NCBI GenBank assembly: GCA_964016885.1
Contig: OZ024762.1
Span: 11,780,001-11,844,000 of the forward strand
DNA length: 64,000 bases
Origin: Eledone cirrhosa
Taxonomy: Eukaryota
Direction of reading: 5' to 3'
The stretch's first letter is position 1. Each line of letters begins with the position of its first letter. This document shows positions 1 to 12,370 of this stretch, in pieces. The notes under the pieces were generated by a model. That model saw only the letters and a program-made list of their open reading frames with translations. It was not told the origin of the DNA and made no database searches. A program made the position numbers and the translations under genes.

Positions 1-119
1 ACATAACTAAATGCCACAATTCATATACCAACGCTCTACCAACTTTGCTGCCAATATACAGTCCTACTACTACTAATAATAATAATTATGATATTTGCCC
101 CATTTGTTTATTTTTTTAG

Positions 120-206
120 GGAACTGCGCTACTATCCTGGAGATGGTGGAATTTCCTGGAATCTGCAGTCAGTTTTACACATTTTAAACATGTCTTGGCA
201 GGAATT
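120..206 (+). CDS. Internal coding exon of an unidentified gene (ELRYYPGDGGISWNLQSVLHILNMSWQE)
   Basis: Acceptor tttttttag|g and donor tt|gtaagt. The frame is open and its phase is compatible with the exon at 745. Confidence 0.65.
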
Positions 207-279
207 GTAAGTTTTTTATTATATTATATATGTTCCACTTAACAGACTGTAAAGAATTTGGAGACAATGCACTCAATAC

Positions 280-650
280 TGGTGTCATAAAATACACCCA
301 GTCCACTCTGTAAAGTGGTTGTGTTGCTGTCACAATAAAATACACTCTGTAAAAGGGTTGTGTGGCTGTCACAATAAAATACACCCAGTACACTCTGTCA
401 AGCTGTAGTTTCATGATAAAATGTACCCAGTATACTTTGGCCTGGTCTCTACAACTGAAGGGCCTTCTTTCGTAGAGTGTACTGGGTGCATTTTCTCATA
501 ACACCAGCGCTACCACTCTACAGAGACTACTGGGTCTATTTTCTCGTGACACCAGCTTTCGTAGAGTGTACTGGGTGCATTTTCTCATAACACCAGCGCT
601 ACCACTCTACAGAGACTACTGGGTCTATTTTCTCATGACACCAGTACTAC
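280..650. repeat. Degenerate tandem copies of a SINE-like segment (cacccagtacactctg), partly inverted
   Basis: Repeated acacccagt...ctctgt units, a duplicated ~89-bp block at about 468-645, and similarity to the 60420-60980 array. Confidence 0.5.
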
Positions 651-744
651 AAATTGACAGCAAAAGCCTTCTAGACCCTATATTATCTCCAATATATTAA
701 TAATCAACTTAGCAGATCATCAATAAAATATTATTTATTTTCAG

Positions 745-874
745 GACTTGTTGGCAATCCTGTTTATCTGAGAATGAATGGCCGATGAACATTCTGGAAT
801 TTTCCATGGATCTCATCTCCTTTATCATCAATAAAAGACAGTTGGAACAGGAACAAATGGAACCAAGAATCCTG
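745..874 (+). CDS. Penultimate coding exon of the same unidentified gene (TCWQSCLSENEWPMNILEFSMDLISFIINKRQLEQEQMEPRIL)
   Basis: Acceptor ttttcag and donor ctg|gtgagt. The frame is open and the phases match both neighbouring exons (2 in, 0 out). Confidence 0.7.
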
Positions 875-1189
875 GTGAGTCATCCATGGTTCACATTCTC
901 TGGGAAAGGTTTCCTATTTTGTTATTTTAATTATATAAAGTGATAGAACAATGCAGGGAAGGTGGGTGTTCTGAAGATGCAGTAGCCAGAGTGAGAACGG
1001 GATAGAAGAAATTCAGTGAGCTACTACTACTGCTAGCTACAAAAGGCTTTTCCCTCACAATAAAGGCAGAGTGTATGATTTATGCATACGAACAGCAATG
1101 TCACATGGTACTGAGTCCTGAGTGTTCTGTGCAGAAGACTTACGAAGATTGGAAAGAAACGAAGCTTGCATTCTTTGATGGATTTGTAA

Positions 1190-1430
1190 TAGTAATATAC
1201 ATGACCGGCAAAGCATAAACACTGAGAAAGAAACTAGGCATAAGAAGAATTAGATGCAATATGCAGGAGAGGAAATTGCATTGGTATGGACATGTGATGC
1301 ATATGAAGGATGACAGCTGTTTAAAAAGGTGCAGAGCGCTCAAAAATGATGGAAGCCTTGGGATAAAGTGATAAAAGCTGAACTTGCACCTCTCAAAGGC
1401 CATGACACAGGACCAATATCTATGGCGTTA
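1190..1430 (+). mobile_element. RTE-clade LINE 3' fragment
   Basis: Translates to LRKKLGIRRIRCNMQERKLHWYGHVMHMKDDSCLK, the RLxWxGHVxRM-type motif of the RTE ORF C-terminus. Confidence 0.6.
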
Positions 1431-2022
1431 TGTAGTAACATATATATATATATATACTATGTTGGATGGTTTTAACTAATGGGTAGATCTAGTCATTCTG
1501 ATTAGCAGACTGTGATGCAATAAGCAAGCTCTATATATCTTCTCAGATGTTGTATCTCAAGTTTGGTGTAAGAACCGAGTTAAACACTTCAATGAAAACG
1601 GATTCCAAATATATCTTTTAATGCTGCAAATTCATAACACAGATCCTCCTATGCCCGATATATGTATAATCAATGGTATTCTAGTCATAGCCAACATGTG
1701 TATATCTAAAACTACATCATTGAATGTCTTTCATTGTTTTAAAATGTGGCTGCTGTTTTTGGCAGTTTTAATGTTGCAAATTAATAATACATATTTCTAT
1801 GGGTGACAGGCCTATGTCATGACACAGTGATGTCTTCAGGTGTAATTCACAAAAAAAAGATTTAAAGGTTAACTAATAAATTACTGGATTACAGCAAAAT
1901 ATAAACAAAGAAGAGGCGGTTAATGTGACCTCAGTGACGAACTCTGTTCTTCTAACACACCCAAACTACATATCCGTAGCATACATATACATATATATAT
2001 ATGTTCTTTTTTTTCCTTGCAG

Positions 2023-2133
2023 AAACTAAAATGTCTCGGAGAAGTGGTGAAGGGATTATGGCAAGAAGAAGAAGATATTCTGATTAAAATGAAAGAGGAA
2101 CTGTTTCTTCTCCAAGTGAAATCTGTAATTTGA
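2023..2133 (+). CDS. Terminal coding exon of the unidentified gene (KLKCLGEVVKGLWQEEEDILIKMKEELFLLQVKSVI*)
   Basis: Strong polypyrimidine tract ttttttttccttgcag, a phase-0 open frame, and TGA at 2131-2133. Confidence 0.7.
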   Translation, partial: KLKCLGEVVKGLWQEEEDILIKMKEELFLLQVKSVI

Positions 2134-2239
2134 TGTATTCTTTGGGAAAGAAGGAATGGGTTTTGATGTTCCAACACTTTCAGGGCTGGCCGCTGTTAAA
2201 CAACCTGGTGGCCAGCAAAGACCATTAACTGATCCTGTA

Positions 2240-3130
2240 TGTTCACAGTCAGATCTCGAGACAAAGGCTCCTAATTGACACAGGAGCAGAAGACAGCATC
2301 TGCAAAGGACCTCCGTTATGTGAGGTCAACCTTTGGTAGTCACCAATGGTTCCTCAGTTAAGGTGTACAGAAGCCACATTATCTCTCTTGACATAGGCTC
2401 ACAGAAATATACATGGGCATTCACTGTTGCTAATGTCCATCAGTCTATCATTGGAGTAGACTTCCTTCAGGCCCACTCACTGCTGTTCAATCTTCAGGGG
2501 AGATGACACCTTAACACCAACATGAATGCCTCGGATTCTCTGGCAGCATCTGAACATGTGGCACCTTTCTCAAACCTCTTTTTGAACTGCTCGAATTTCA
2601 CATCAACATTCTCCAAACCCACAACTCACTATAGAGTAAAACATCATGTTCCAACCACCAGGGCCTATGAGAGTGGGGTCCAGCCGGTACTCTGTTCTGG
2701 AGCCGAAGGGCTAAGAAAGCCCCACATGAACCATGCGACATCCATCCCTACTCGATTTTGTGAAAAATCTTTGCCTGCTCCGGGCCACAAAGGGATTTAG
2801 TACTGCCTTGGAGGCCCTCTTTAGAGGTTGGCGACTTTGTGGGATTATCACTATCTCAACAGAAGCACTACATTCAACTCTAACCCATTCCACATATACA
2901 GGACTTCTCAGCTCAATTTTCTCAAAAGTTGACCTCATCCGAAGGTACCATCAGATACCCGTGCAAGATGACAATAATCCTAAAACCAATGTTATCACTC
3001 CTTTCAGCTTAAAAACCACAACACAATCCTTTCAACATAGAATTACAGGTGCTGGGGCTACACCCCTACCAGAAAAAGTGAAATCTATTTTGTCCTTTCA
3101 AACGCCCCACCACAAGCAGGGCTCTGCACC
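2240..3130 (+). mobile_element. Decayed Ty3/gypsy LTR retrotransposon pol fragment (protease and RT), truncated at the palindrome boundary
   Basis: Protease motif LLIDTGAEDS, then IIGVDFL, GWRLCG, IFSKVDLIRRYHQIPV, KTNVITPF and PLPEKVKSI, all with frameshifts. Confidence 0.8.
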
Positions 3131-3164
3131 AATATGTAGGTATATTCCCCATCTTCTATTCGTG

Positions 3165-3221
3165 TATATGCTGTTATATATATACAAAATACTAGCAGTT
3201 CCTTAATGGCTATATACCCTG

Positions 3222-3260
<39 letters not shown>

Positions 3261-3790
3261 ATACTAGCAGTTCCTCAATGGCTATATACCCTGTTATATA
3301 TGTACAAAATACTAGCAGTTCCTCAATGGCTATATACCCTGTTATATATGTATAAAATACTAACAGTTCCTCAATGGCTATATACCCTGTTATATATGTA
3401 CAAAATACTAGCAGTTCCTTAATGGCTATATACCCTGTTATCTATATATATATATATATACAATATACTAGCAGTTCCTCAATGGCTATATACCCTGTTA
3501 TATATGTACAATATACTAGCAGTTAGTCAATGGCTATATACCCTGTAATATATGTACAAAATACTAGCAGTTCCTCAATGGCTATATACCCTGTTATATA
3601 TATACAATATACTAGTAGTTCCTCAATGGCTATATACCCTGTTATATATATACAATATACTAGTAGTTCCTCAATGGCTATATACCCTGTTATATATATA
3701 CAAAATACTAGTAGTTCCTCAATGGCTATATACTCTGTTATATATATGTACAAAATACTAGCAGTTCCTCAATGGCTATATATCCCGTTA
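3165..3790 (+). repeat. 48-bp minisatellite at the outer end of the left arm
   Basis: Unit atactagcagttcctcaatggctatataccctgttatatatgtacaaa, about 12 copies. Confidence 0.9.
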
Positions 3791-3801
3791 TATTTATATA
3801 T

Positions 3802-3867
3802 AGAAACGGAAAGAAAGCGAGATAACACTCGGAATATGTCGTGTTATCTCGCTTTCTTTCCGTTTCT
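3802..3867. other. Perfect 27-bp-stem hairpin (collapsed MITE-like), with copies at about 12908-12972, 27219-27283 and 36035-36100
   Basis: agaaacggaaagaaagcgagataacac, a 12-nt loop, then gtgttatctcgctttctttccgtttct. Confidence 0.85.
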
Positions 3868-4927
3868 TTTTTTTTTAAAAAGAAGGAAAATGTTTAGCTA
3901 TAAGTATGCCTATTTGACTCTGTAGAATTGCGGCTTGTGCGTGGCGCTGCACGTAGCGTTTCTGGCTTCGCTGTCGTACTTCGGTATGGCATGACCACTC
4001 GATCGTGTCTGAAGTTCGAATCGTTGCGGGGGTCGGCCGGGACCACAGCAGGCTGGCTTTATGCTGGCCTGCTCTCCCCCTCGCATGAGTTTTTGCCAAA
4101 CAATTTGACGAGAGTTATCTCCCCTTAATTTGAATTATTTGCCCTTTGTTTACATTGAACTACTTCCGGTTTGTGGAACTCTTCTTACTTTGTTGTCATT
4201 TCTTTTCAGTGTATTGAAGCTGTAACATCATTCTACTTACTCTGGGACTATTAACGATACCGGTTTGGATTTTACGTTCGTGTAAAGAGGTTTGTAAAGT
4301 TTTATTCACACTCACGAATATTATTGAGACACAAAAATACATTTCACTATCTTGGAAATATACATACATTTAATTCTTCAATATAAATACATTCTTGTAG
4401 TGTTTTAGTTGCCATGTCTTTTAAATTTATTCTAAACACTCTTCACAGAACTAAACCTCCTTCCGAGAAACAAAACAAATAATATATACACGCAGCTACC
4501 TCTTCTAACTAAACATACATGTTACTTTCCTCTCTATACCTTATACCATCGTAATTTCTACGTCGAGTTACCTCGGCATCACCACCTTTACTCCAACTCA
4601 GCATTCTCTCTTGCACACATCATATCAACTATATATTTATATTATAATCGTATCTCTATTACACCTTCTCTGTATATACTTACTTAGAAGAAAGGTATAT
4701 CTCCTCATTATACACAGTATCCGGAGCTATATAAGAAACTGTAGTATATAGAATACAGACCCTCTCTCTATATATAAACACACTTACTTCGAAGTATCGT
4801 ATATATGCAGCATCTACATACACACAAGGCAAAGTTAAAACCCTCTTCTCTACTACTTTTCCCGAGGATACTTACATAAAACTCTGGATATTTTATCAAG
4901 GCATCTATTTTTTGTATGTAGAAGACA

Positions 4928-6775
4928 TTATAATAATAATGAAATTATTGTGTAAAGTGTTCAGGTGCACTACAACTCGTCAATATAGTACATAGAATAA
5001 TACACAAATGTCAGGGAAGTACATGTGTGTATGTGTTGGCGGATCTCGGGAAGCATGGAGGCCTTAAAGGATGCAGTGTCTCGACAGCTAACAACTGATG
5101 CAGGTAGTTTTTTCCCTGCTTCAGCAACTCTGAGCGTGAAAAAATGTTTCCGAAAGTCATTGGAACTGTGCTGTTTTCTTACTTTGTGGGCATGTCCACG
5201 TGTGTTAGACACATGGAAATCAAAAAGGTACTCAGGGTTGTTGTTGGCAACATGGTTAACAATTTTGTGGGTGTTTACCAAGTCAGTTGCCAGGCGTCGG
5301 AGCTTCAATGAATCCAAGCCCAGGGAAGCAAGGCGCTCAGAGTATGGCAGATGCCTTATGGAGGGTATTCGCTTGGTTGCACGTCTCTGAACAGTTTCCA
5401 GGCGGTCAATGTCCTGAGCAAGATAGGGGTTCCAGACTGGTGATGCAAATTCTAAGTGTGGTCGCACCATAGCTGTATACAGCCTTAAATAGATATCTGG
5501 AGAGCGGCTGACAAAGGTCTTGCTGAGTGATGCTAAGACACCCTCGGCCCTCTTGACAATTTTAGAGACGTGCCTCGTCCAACGCAAATCGCTGCTGACC
5601 GTAATGCCCAGGTCACGTTCACAGGAAGACTTCTTGATTTTAGTGCTGTGGGGGGAGTATGTGGACGCTGGGTTTTTACTCCCAAAATGCATGGTGGTGC
5701 ACTTGTCCACAGCTAGCTTGAGTTGCCAGTCTGAGATCCATTGTTGTATTGTGTCCAGGTCAGACTGCAAGCAAGATCTATAGTGTTCAGGATCTGTCCT
5801 TTTTATCTCAAGGTACAGCTTGATGTCGTCTGCGTACTTTAGTACTGTGGCATTCCTTAAGTTGGCATCTATGTCATTAATATATGCCACAAACAAAAGG
5901 GGGCCAACAACAGATCCCTGTGGTACACCAGATGACATCTCATATGGTGATGAATGCTGTCCCAGAACCGTGACTACCTCTCTTCGACTGAGAATGAAGG
6001 ACTTCAACCAGTTAAAAAGATCATCCTTCACACCCATTGCAAAGAGTTTTGCCATAAGCCTTTTGTGTGGCACAGAATTGAAGGCCTTCGCAAAGTCAAG
6101 GTAAACAACATCCACTCATGAGCCGCCATCAGTGATCTGGGTGATGTCCTCAAGAAACTCTATAAGTTGATCACAGCAGCTGGAGTTGGGGATAAATCCA
6201 AATTGCGAGGGCCGGATAAGGGATGTGTTCAAGTTTCCGTGACTAATGAAGTCCGGGTTGATACTTTTGACGTAGGAGTCAAAAAGATGAATCTTATTGC
6301 ATAGACTATGTGCATTCAAGGACAACAATTTGTACCTTGATTCCAGTCTATGATTATGTGCAGGGCATGGCAGGTTGTTCTGATTTAGTTTCCCAGAGTT
6401 TTTTCAGTTTCTTTATTGTCAGTTGTTGTGGGTACAGTGTTTTTCAGACCAGCTGGTGTCTCTTTTCCATGATTCGCCAGCCTTAACAAACTTCCATATC
6501 TGCCCAACATCTCGTAGGCTGAAGCTTTCATGTTCTGCCGAGCTGCGGTTTAGGGAAGCTGCAGCACGCAACTTTGGGCGGACATCAGGTGGAAGACCAG
6601 GGCGTGTTCGGAAAACAATCCGACTTTCACGCCTAGCTTTATCAGAGGCTACAAGGTATGAACGTGCCTCAGTTGAGTTTGAAAACGACAGTCTAATTAA
6701 CCTGGGTTTCGGGCCTGGTCGGCCAAGGCGTAGAGCACCCTTTGCGGGAGCACAGCACTATCCTTCTCAATCGAG
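4928..6775 (-). mobile_element. CR1/L2-group LINE, 5'-truncated and internally deleted (left-arm copy)
   Basis: ORF1 C-terminus (RLGRPGPKPRLIRLSF), APE start (LSLNAHSLCNK), RT motifs (YLDFAKAF, SGVPQGS, YADD) and a 3' UTR with an (ATT)n tail. Confidence 0.9.
4970..6328 (-). pseudogene. LINE ORF2 reverse transcriptase remnant
   Basis: ORF 4970-6115 has CR1-type RT and C-terminal motifs (RPHLEFASPVWNPY, LETVQRRATK). There is an upstream in-frame stop and most of the endonuclease is deleted. Confidence 0.85.
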
Positions 6776-8122
6776 GAAAAAAAAACCCCATACATACAGT
6801 TTTTTATAGAATACACTGCCTTGTTATATAAATATTGTACACACGTGTGTATATAATACACTTCTATATATATAGAAACTTACTACTAGATATTGTGTGT
6901 ACACAGCAAAGAATCTACTTTTTGTATGTAGAGACTCCTCTGTAACATCTAGAAGGCTTATATTTACTATCCTTCTCTATAATAAAAAAAAACCCATATA
7001 TACAGTAATACCTTATCTAGAGGCATATAAGAAACTGTATTTCACATCCCTAAACCCACCCTCCTAAGAAACTAAACTGTTCATGATAAAGAGGTTTAAT
7101 TTCTGCCTCTAGAAAAGTATTGGTGTTAGAGCTGTGTAATCTGGATTGTTTTTATTAATACCCTCTGCTTCTTTCCAGGTATGTTGAAGATCTCCGCCAG
7201 CTCAACTGATTGTGTAAATACACACAGTCGTCTCAAGAAATAAAATAACTCCAACAACAAAATGTAGTTTATTTATTGATCTTTATTTCACATTTTCATT
7301 TCTTATATATATACACAGGTAGTATCTTACATGTAGATCGTTTAACTTTCATTCATATTAAATATATAGGAATTAACAGCTGTGTATATATAACTAGTGG
7401 ATTGTTAAACACATGCCTAGAGATAAAAAGGTATTAACATGCGAGAGAATTCAATTATTATGTAATTAGTGAGAAACATCCTTCTTGAAAGAAGTGTATA
7501 TATAGAATAGATTAATTAATGTGTATGTACACTATAGAATCCCAGTAAGAAACATCCTTCTTACTGAAAGAAGTAAGTGTGGTGCTATAGAAAAGTTTCT
7601 TTGAGAATGGAAACTGTATATATATAATACAGTAATCCTAGCAAGTTTATTCCTTTCTGTGTATATAGGTATTCTATATCTCCTGTAAGAGGTTATAATA
7701 TCTATATATACAGGGCTATGTGGATATTCTATATCTCTCTCATATTTACCAGTAAGTATATAGGTATTAATAAAGAAGTTTCATATTATAAACATTTAAG
7801 ATGTGTATATATACAGTATTCTAGTAAGTTTATTTCCTTCTGTATATAGAATAAATTTGTATTCTATATCTCTCCCAGTATGTATATAGGAATAGAAGTA
7901 TGAATTCAGTTTGAAACATCTTTCATGAGAGTAATGTATATAATGCAGTATTATAGTGAGGCCATTTCTTTCTGTCTGTATACATATGCCTAGAGATAGA
8001 AGGGTGTTAATATGTATAGATTCTATAGAAGTAAGTGTATATACACACATGGTTTTAAGGTAATAGTATCCTATAGAATACACATACTAATCTCTATCTA
8101 GAGAAAAAAGTTCAACTCCTTA

Positions 8123-10957
8123 GCTATATATATATATATGTATATATACATACATATTTGTATACATACGTATGTATGTATATACTTATGTATACATACA
8201 TACGTATGTATGTATACATACGTATGTATGCATACATACATATGTATACATACGTATGTATACATACCTACGTATATATACATACCTACGTATATATACA
8301 TACGTATGTATATACATTCGTGTGTATATAAACATACGTATGTATGTATACATACGCATGTATGTATACATACACATGTATATATATACATAAGTATGTA
8401 TATATACATACGCATGTATACATATACATACATACGTATGTATGTATAGATACATACATACGTACGTATGTATGCATACCTATGTATGTATACATACATA
8501 CGTATGTATATACATACGTATGTATATAAACATACGTATGTATACATACGCATGTATGTATACATACGCATGTATATATATACATACGTATGTATATATA
8601 CATACGCATGTATACATATACATACATACGTATGTATGTATAGATACATACATACGTACGTATGTATGCATACCTATGTATGTATACATACGCATGTATA
8701 TATACATACGTATGCATATACATACGTATGTATCTATATATACGTATGTATATATATATACATACGTGTGTATGCATATACATAGGTATGCATACATACG
8801 TACGTATGCATGCATACATACGTATGTATATATACATACGTACGTATGTATGTATACATACGCATGTATATATACATACGTATGTATCTATATATACGTA
8901 TGTATGTATAAATACATACGTGTATATACATACATACATACGCATGTATATATATATATACATACGTATGTATGTATACATACGCTTGTATATATATACA
9001 TACGTATGTATGCATATACATACGCATGTATATATACATACGCATGTATATATATACATATGTATGTATACATACGCATGTATATATATACATACCTGTG
9101 TATGCGTATGTATGTATACATACGCATGTATATATATACATACGTATGTATAGATACATACATACGCATGTATATATACATACATATGTATAGATACATA
9201 CATACGTATGTATACATACGCATGTATAGATACATACGTACGTATGCATACCTATGTATGTATACATACGCATGTATATATATGTACATACGTATGTATG
9301 CATATACATACGTATGTATATATATACATATGTATGTATACATACGCATGTATATATATACATACGTGTGTATGCGTATGTATGTATACATATGCATGTA
9401 TATATATACATACGTGTGTATGTATACATACGTATGTATATATACATACGCATGTATATATACATACGCATGTATATATATACATACGCATGTATATATA
9501 TACATACGTATGTATATATATACATACGCATGTATATATATACATACGAATGTATGCATATACATACGTACGTATACATACGCATGTATATATATACATA
9601 CGTGTGTATGCATATACATACGTATGTATGTATGTATACATACGCATGTATATATATATACATACGTATGTATGCATATACATACGTATGTATATATACA
9701 TACGCATGTATATATATATACATACGTATGTATGCATATACATACGTATGTATATATACATACATACGCATGTATATATATACATACGAATGTATGCATA
9801 TATGTATGTATACATACGTATGCATACATACATACGTATGTATAAATACATACGCATGTATATATATACATACGCATGTATAGATACATACATACGCATG
9901 TATATATATACATACGTGTGTATGCATATACGTATGTATGTATACATACGCATGTATATATATATACATACGTATGCATGTATACATACGCATGTATATA
10001 TATACATACAAACGTATGCATACATACATACGTATGTATGTATACATACGCAAGCATATATATACATACGTATGTATATATACGTACGTATACATACATA
10101 CGTATGTATAAATACATACGCATGTATACATACGTACGTATGTATACATACGTATGTATGCATATACGTACGTATGTATGCATATACATACGTATGTATA
10201 TATATACATACGTATGTATATATACATACGTATGCATGTATACATACGCATGTATATATATACATACAAATGTATGCATATACATATGTATGTATACATA
10301 CATACGTATGTATGTATACATACGCATGTATATATATATACATACGTATGTATGCATATACATACGTATGTATATATATATACATACATACGCATGTATA
10401 TATATACATACGAATGTATGCATATATGTATGTATACATACGTATGCATACATACATACGTATGTATAAATGCATACGCATGTATATATATATATATACA
10501 TACGCATGTATAGATACATACATACGCATGTATATATACATACGTATGTATAGATACATACGCATGTATATATATACATACGTGTGTATGCATATACGTA
10601 TGTATGTATACATACGCATGTATATATATATACATACGTATGCATGTATACATACGCATGTATATATATACATACAAACGTATGCATACATACGTATGTA
10701 TGTATACATACGTATGTATATATACGTACGTATACATACATACGTATGTATAAATACATACGCATGTATATATATACATACGTATGTATACATATACATG
10801 CTTATGTATATATACATACGTATGTATATATATACATACGTATGTATGTATATAAACATACGTATGTATATATACATACGTATGTATGTATACATACATA
10901 CGTATGTATATATACATATGTATGTATATATACATACGTATGTATATATACATACAT
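8123..10957. repeat. Complex alternating purine/pyrimidine microsatellite (TA/TACA/TACG/CATG units), about 2.8 kb
   Basis: Read directly from the sequence. It is the source of the YIHTYVCM-type spurious ORFs. Confidence 0.97.
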
Positions 10958-12370
10958 CTTTAATTCCTTAGCTATATTTATATAATACAGTAGTCTAGAG
11001 ATGTATGTAGGTTGTTGTCTTTATATCTGTGTAGTGTAACTTCTAAATCTATAATGAAGATATGCTTTATATACACAAAGGTGTTTATATGGTGAGTATG
11101 CCTGTCTAGAGAACAGGGTAACTGCGTACATATGGTTCTACATACTGTACTCTATTGAACACAACTCCAATATATAATGGAGGTACTTCTTCCAATATAG
11201 AGAAGAAGGTATATTATAGACATGAAGTAAGCTTTGTGTGTCATATTGATTACAGTTTTTCTATATATGTGTGTATGTAAAGAACACTAAATTTCTTTGT
11301 ATTTATACAGTTAGCTCTCTTGCTTCTTAGGAAGCATGTACACGTTCTACTATGAGATGCTTATACACAACTAGAAGAACAATAGTAGTAGTTTCCTAAG
11401 AGACGTATGTGTAGTATCTAGTGAGAATGTATTGATATGTATGTACAGATCAAAACCTCTTATCTTATATATGTCGGATGTTCACTTCCAGGTTTCTACA
11501 TACACATGTATAATATAAAGAGAGACACACAATGTGGGTTTAGATATATTCTATAGAATACAGTTTCTTATATACAGACATGTCTACATTGATGTTATTT
11601 ACCTGTATATAGAGATGGTTTGTTTCTAATAGGTGTGTATCTAGGAAATAATTTATATAATATGAATCTAGTATACAGTGACAGAAGGTTTTTGTCTTCC
11701 TACAGTGTAAGAGGTGTCTAGTGTGTGTATATATACAGGGAGTAAATAATAAGGCAACAAAGGAAAATACTGGTTTATTCTTTTATTTCACAATTTATTT
11801 ACCTTTCTTCTTGAGATAGGGTTGTAGTAGTCTCCAGGTCTGGTCCTTAGGAATATAAAATAGGTTAGTTGTGTATATATAAAGGTTTAGTTTTGTATCT
11901 AGTGAAGAACGTTTATATATGGATGATGTAGCTATCAAGCAGGTGCGGATGCTAGAAGTAGTAGTAAGGAGTCTTACGGCAGAGTAATAGAGCTACCATG
12001 CTTCGTTAGATATAAAATATAACTGTATGGTTTAGCTTCTATATTCATATGTCTAGAGAAGGTTTAGTTTCATGTCTATTATTCCAGTATGAACAAGTTT
12101 GTATATTGCGCCTCATAAGTATCTGTGATGATAGAAGGGAGACCGTTTATATATGAATATAGCTTCATGTGTACGTATGTCCCCAGGATTCTTCCTATAC
12201 ATGGTTTACGGCTAATACATAAAAAGTGTCTTCTTGTATATAGAATATCTGTGTGTGTATTCAGGTATAAGATAAAATGTGTATCGAGAGGAAGTATGTA
12301 TATAGTATCGAGAGAAGATTTAGTTGTAACACGTTAGATCATGGTTAGTTTTGTTTCATAATAGAGGAGG

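Noticed and set aside
4030-4095. Resemblance of gggaccacagcag to the start of the CPEB3 HDV-like ribozyme
   Set aside because: The putative P2 strand closes a simple local hairpin, and I could not build the nested double pseudoknot.
3875-4128. Small ORFs repeated in every module copy (…IEWSCHTEVRQRS…)
   Set aside because: Frames and starts are not preserved between diverged copies, so the similarity reflects DNA repetition.
8098-10985. Long ORFs (up to 739 aa) of Y/I/H/T/V/C/M residues, and their mirrors at 29220-31775
   Set aside because: They are translations of an RY microsatellite that rarely forms stop codons, and they are open in multiple frames on both strands.
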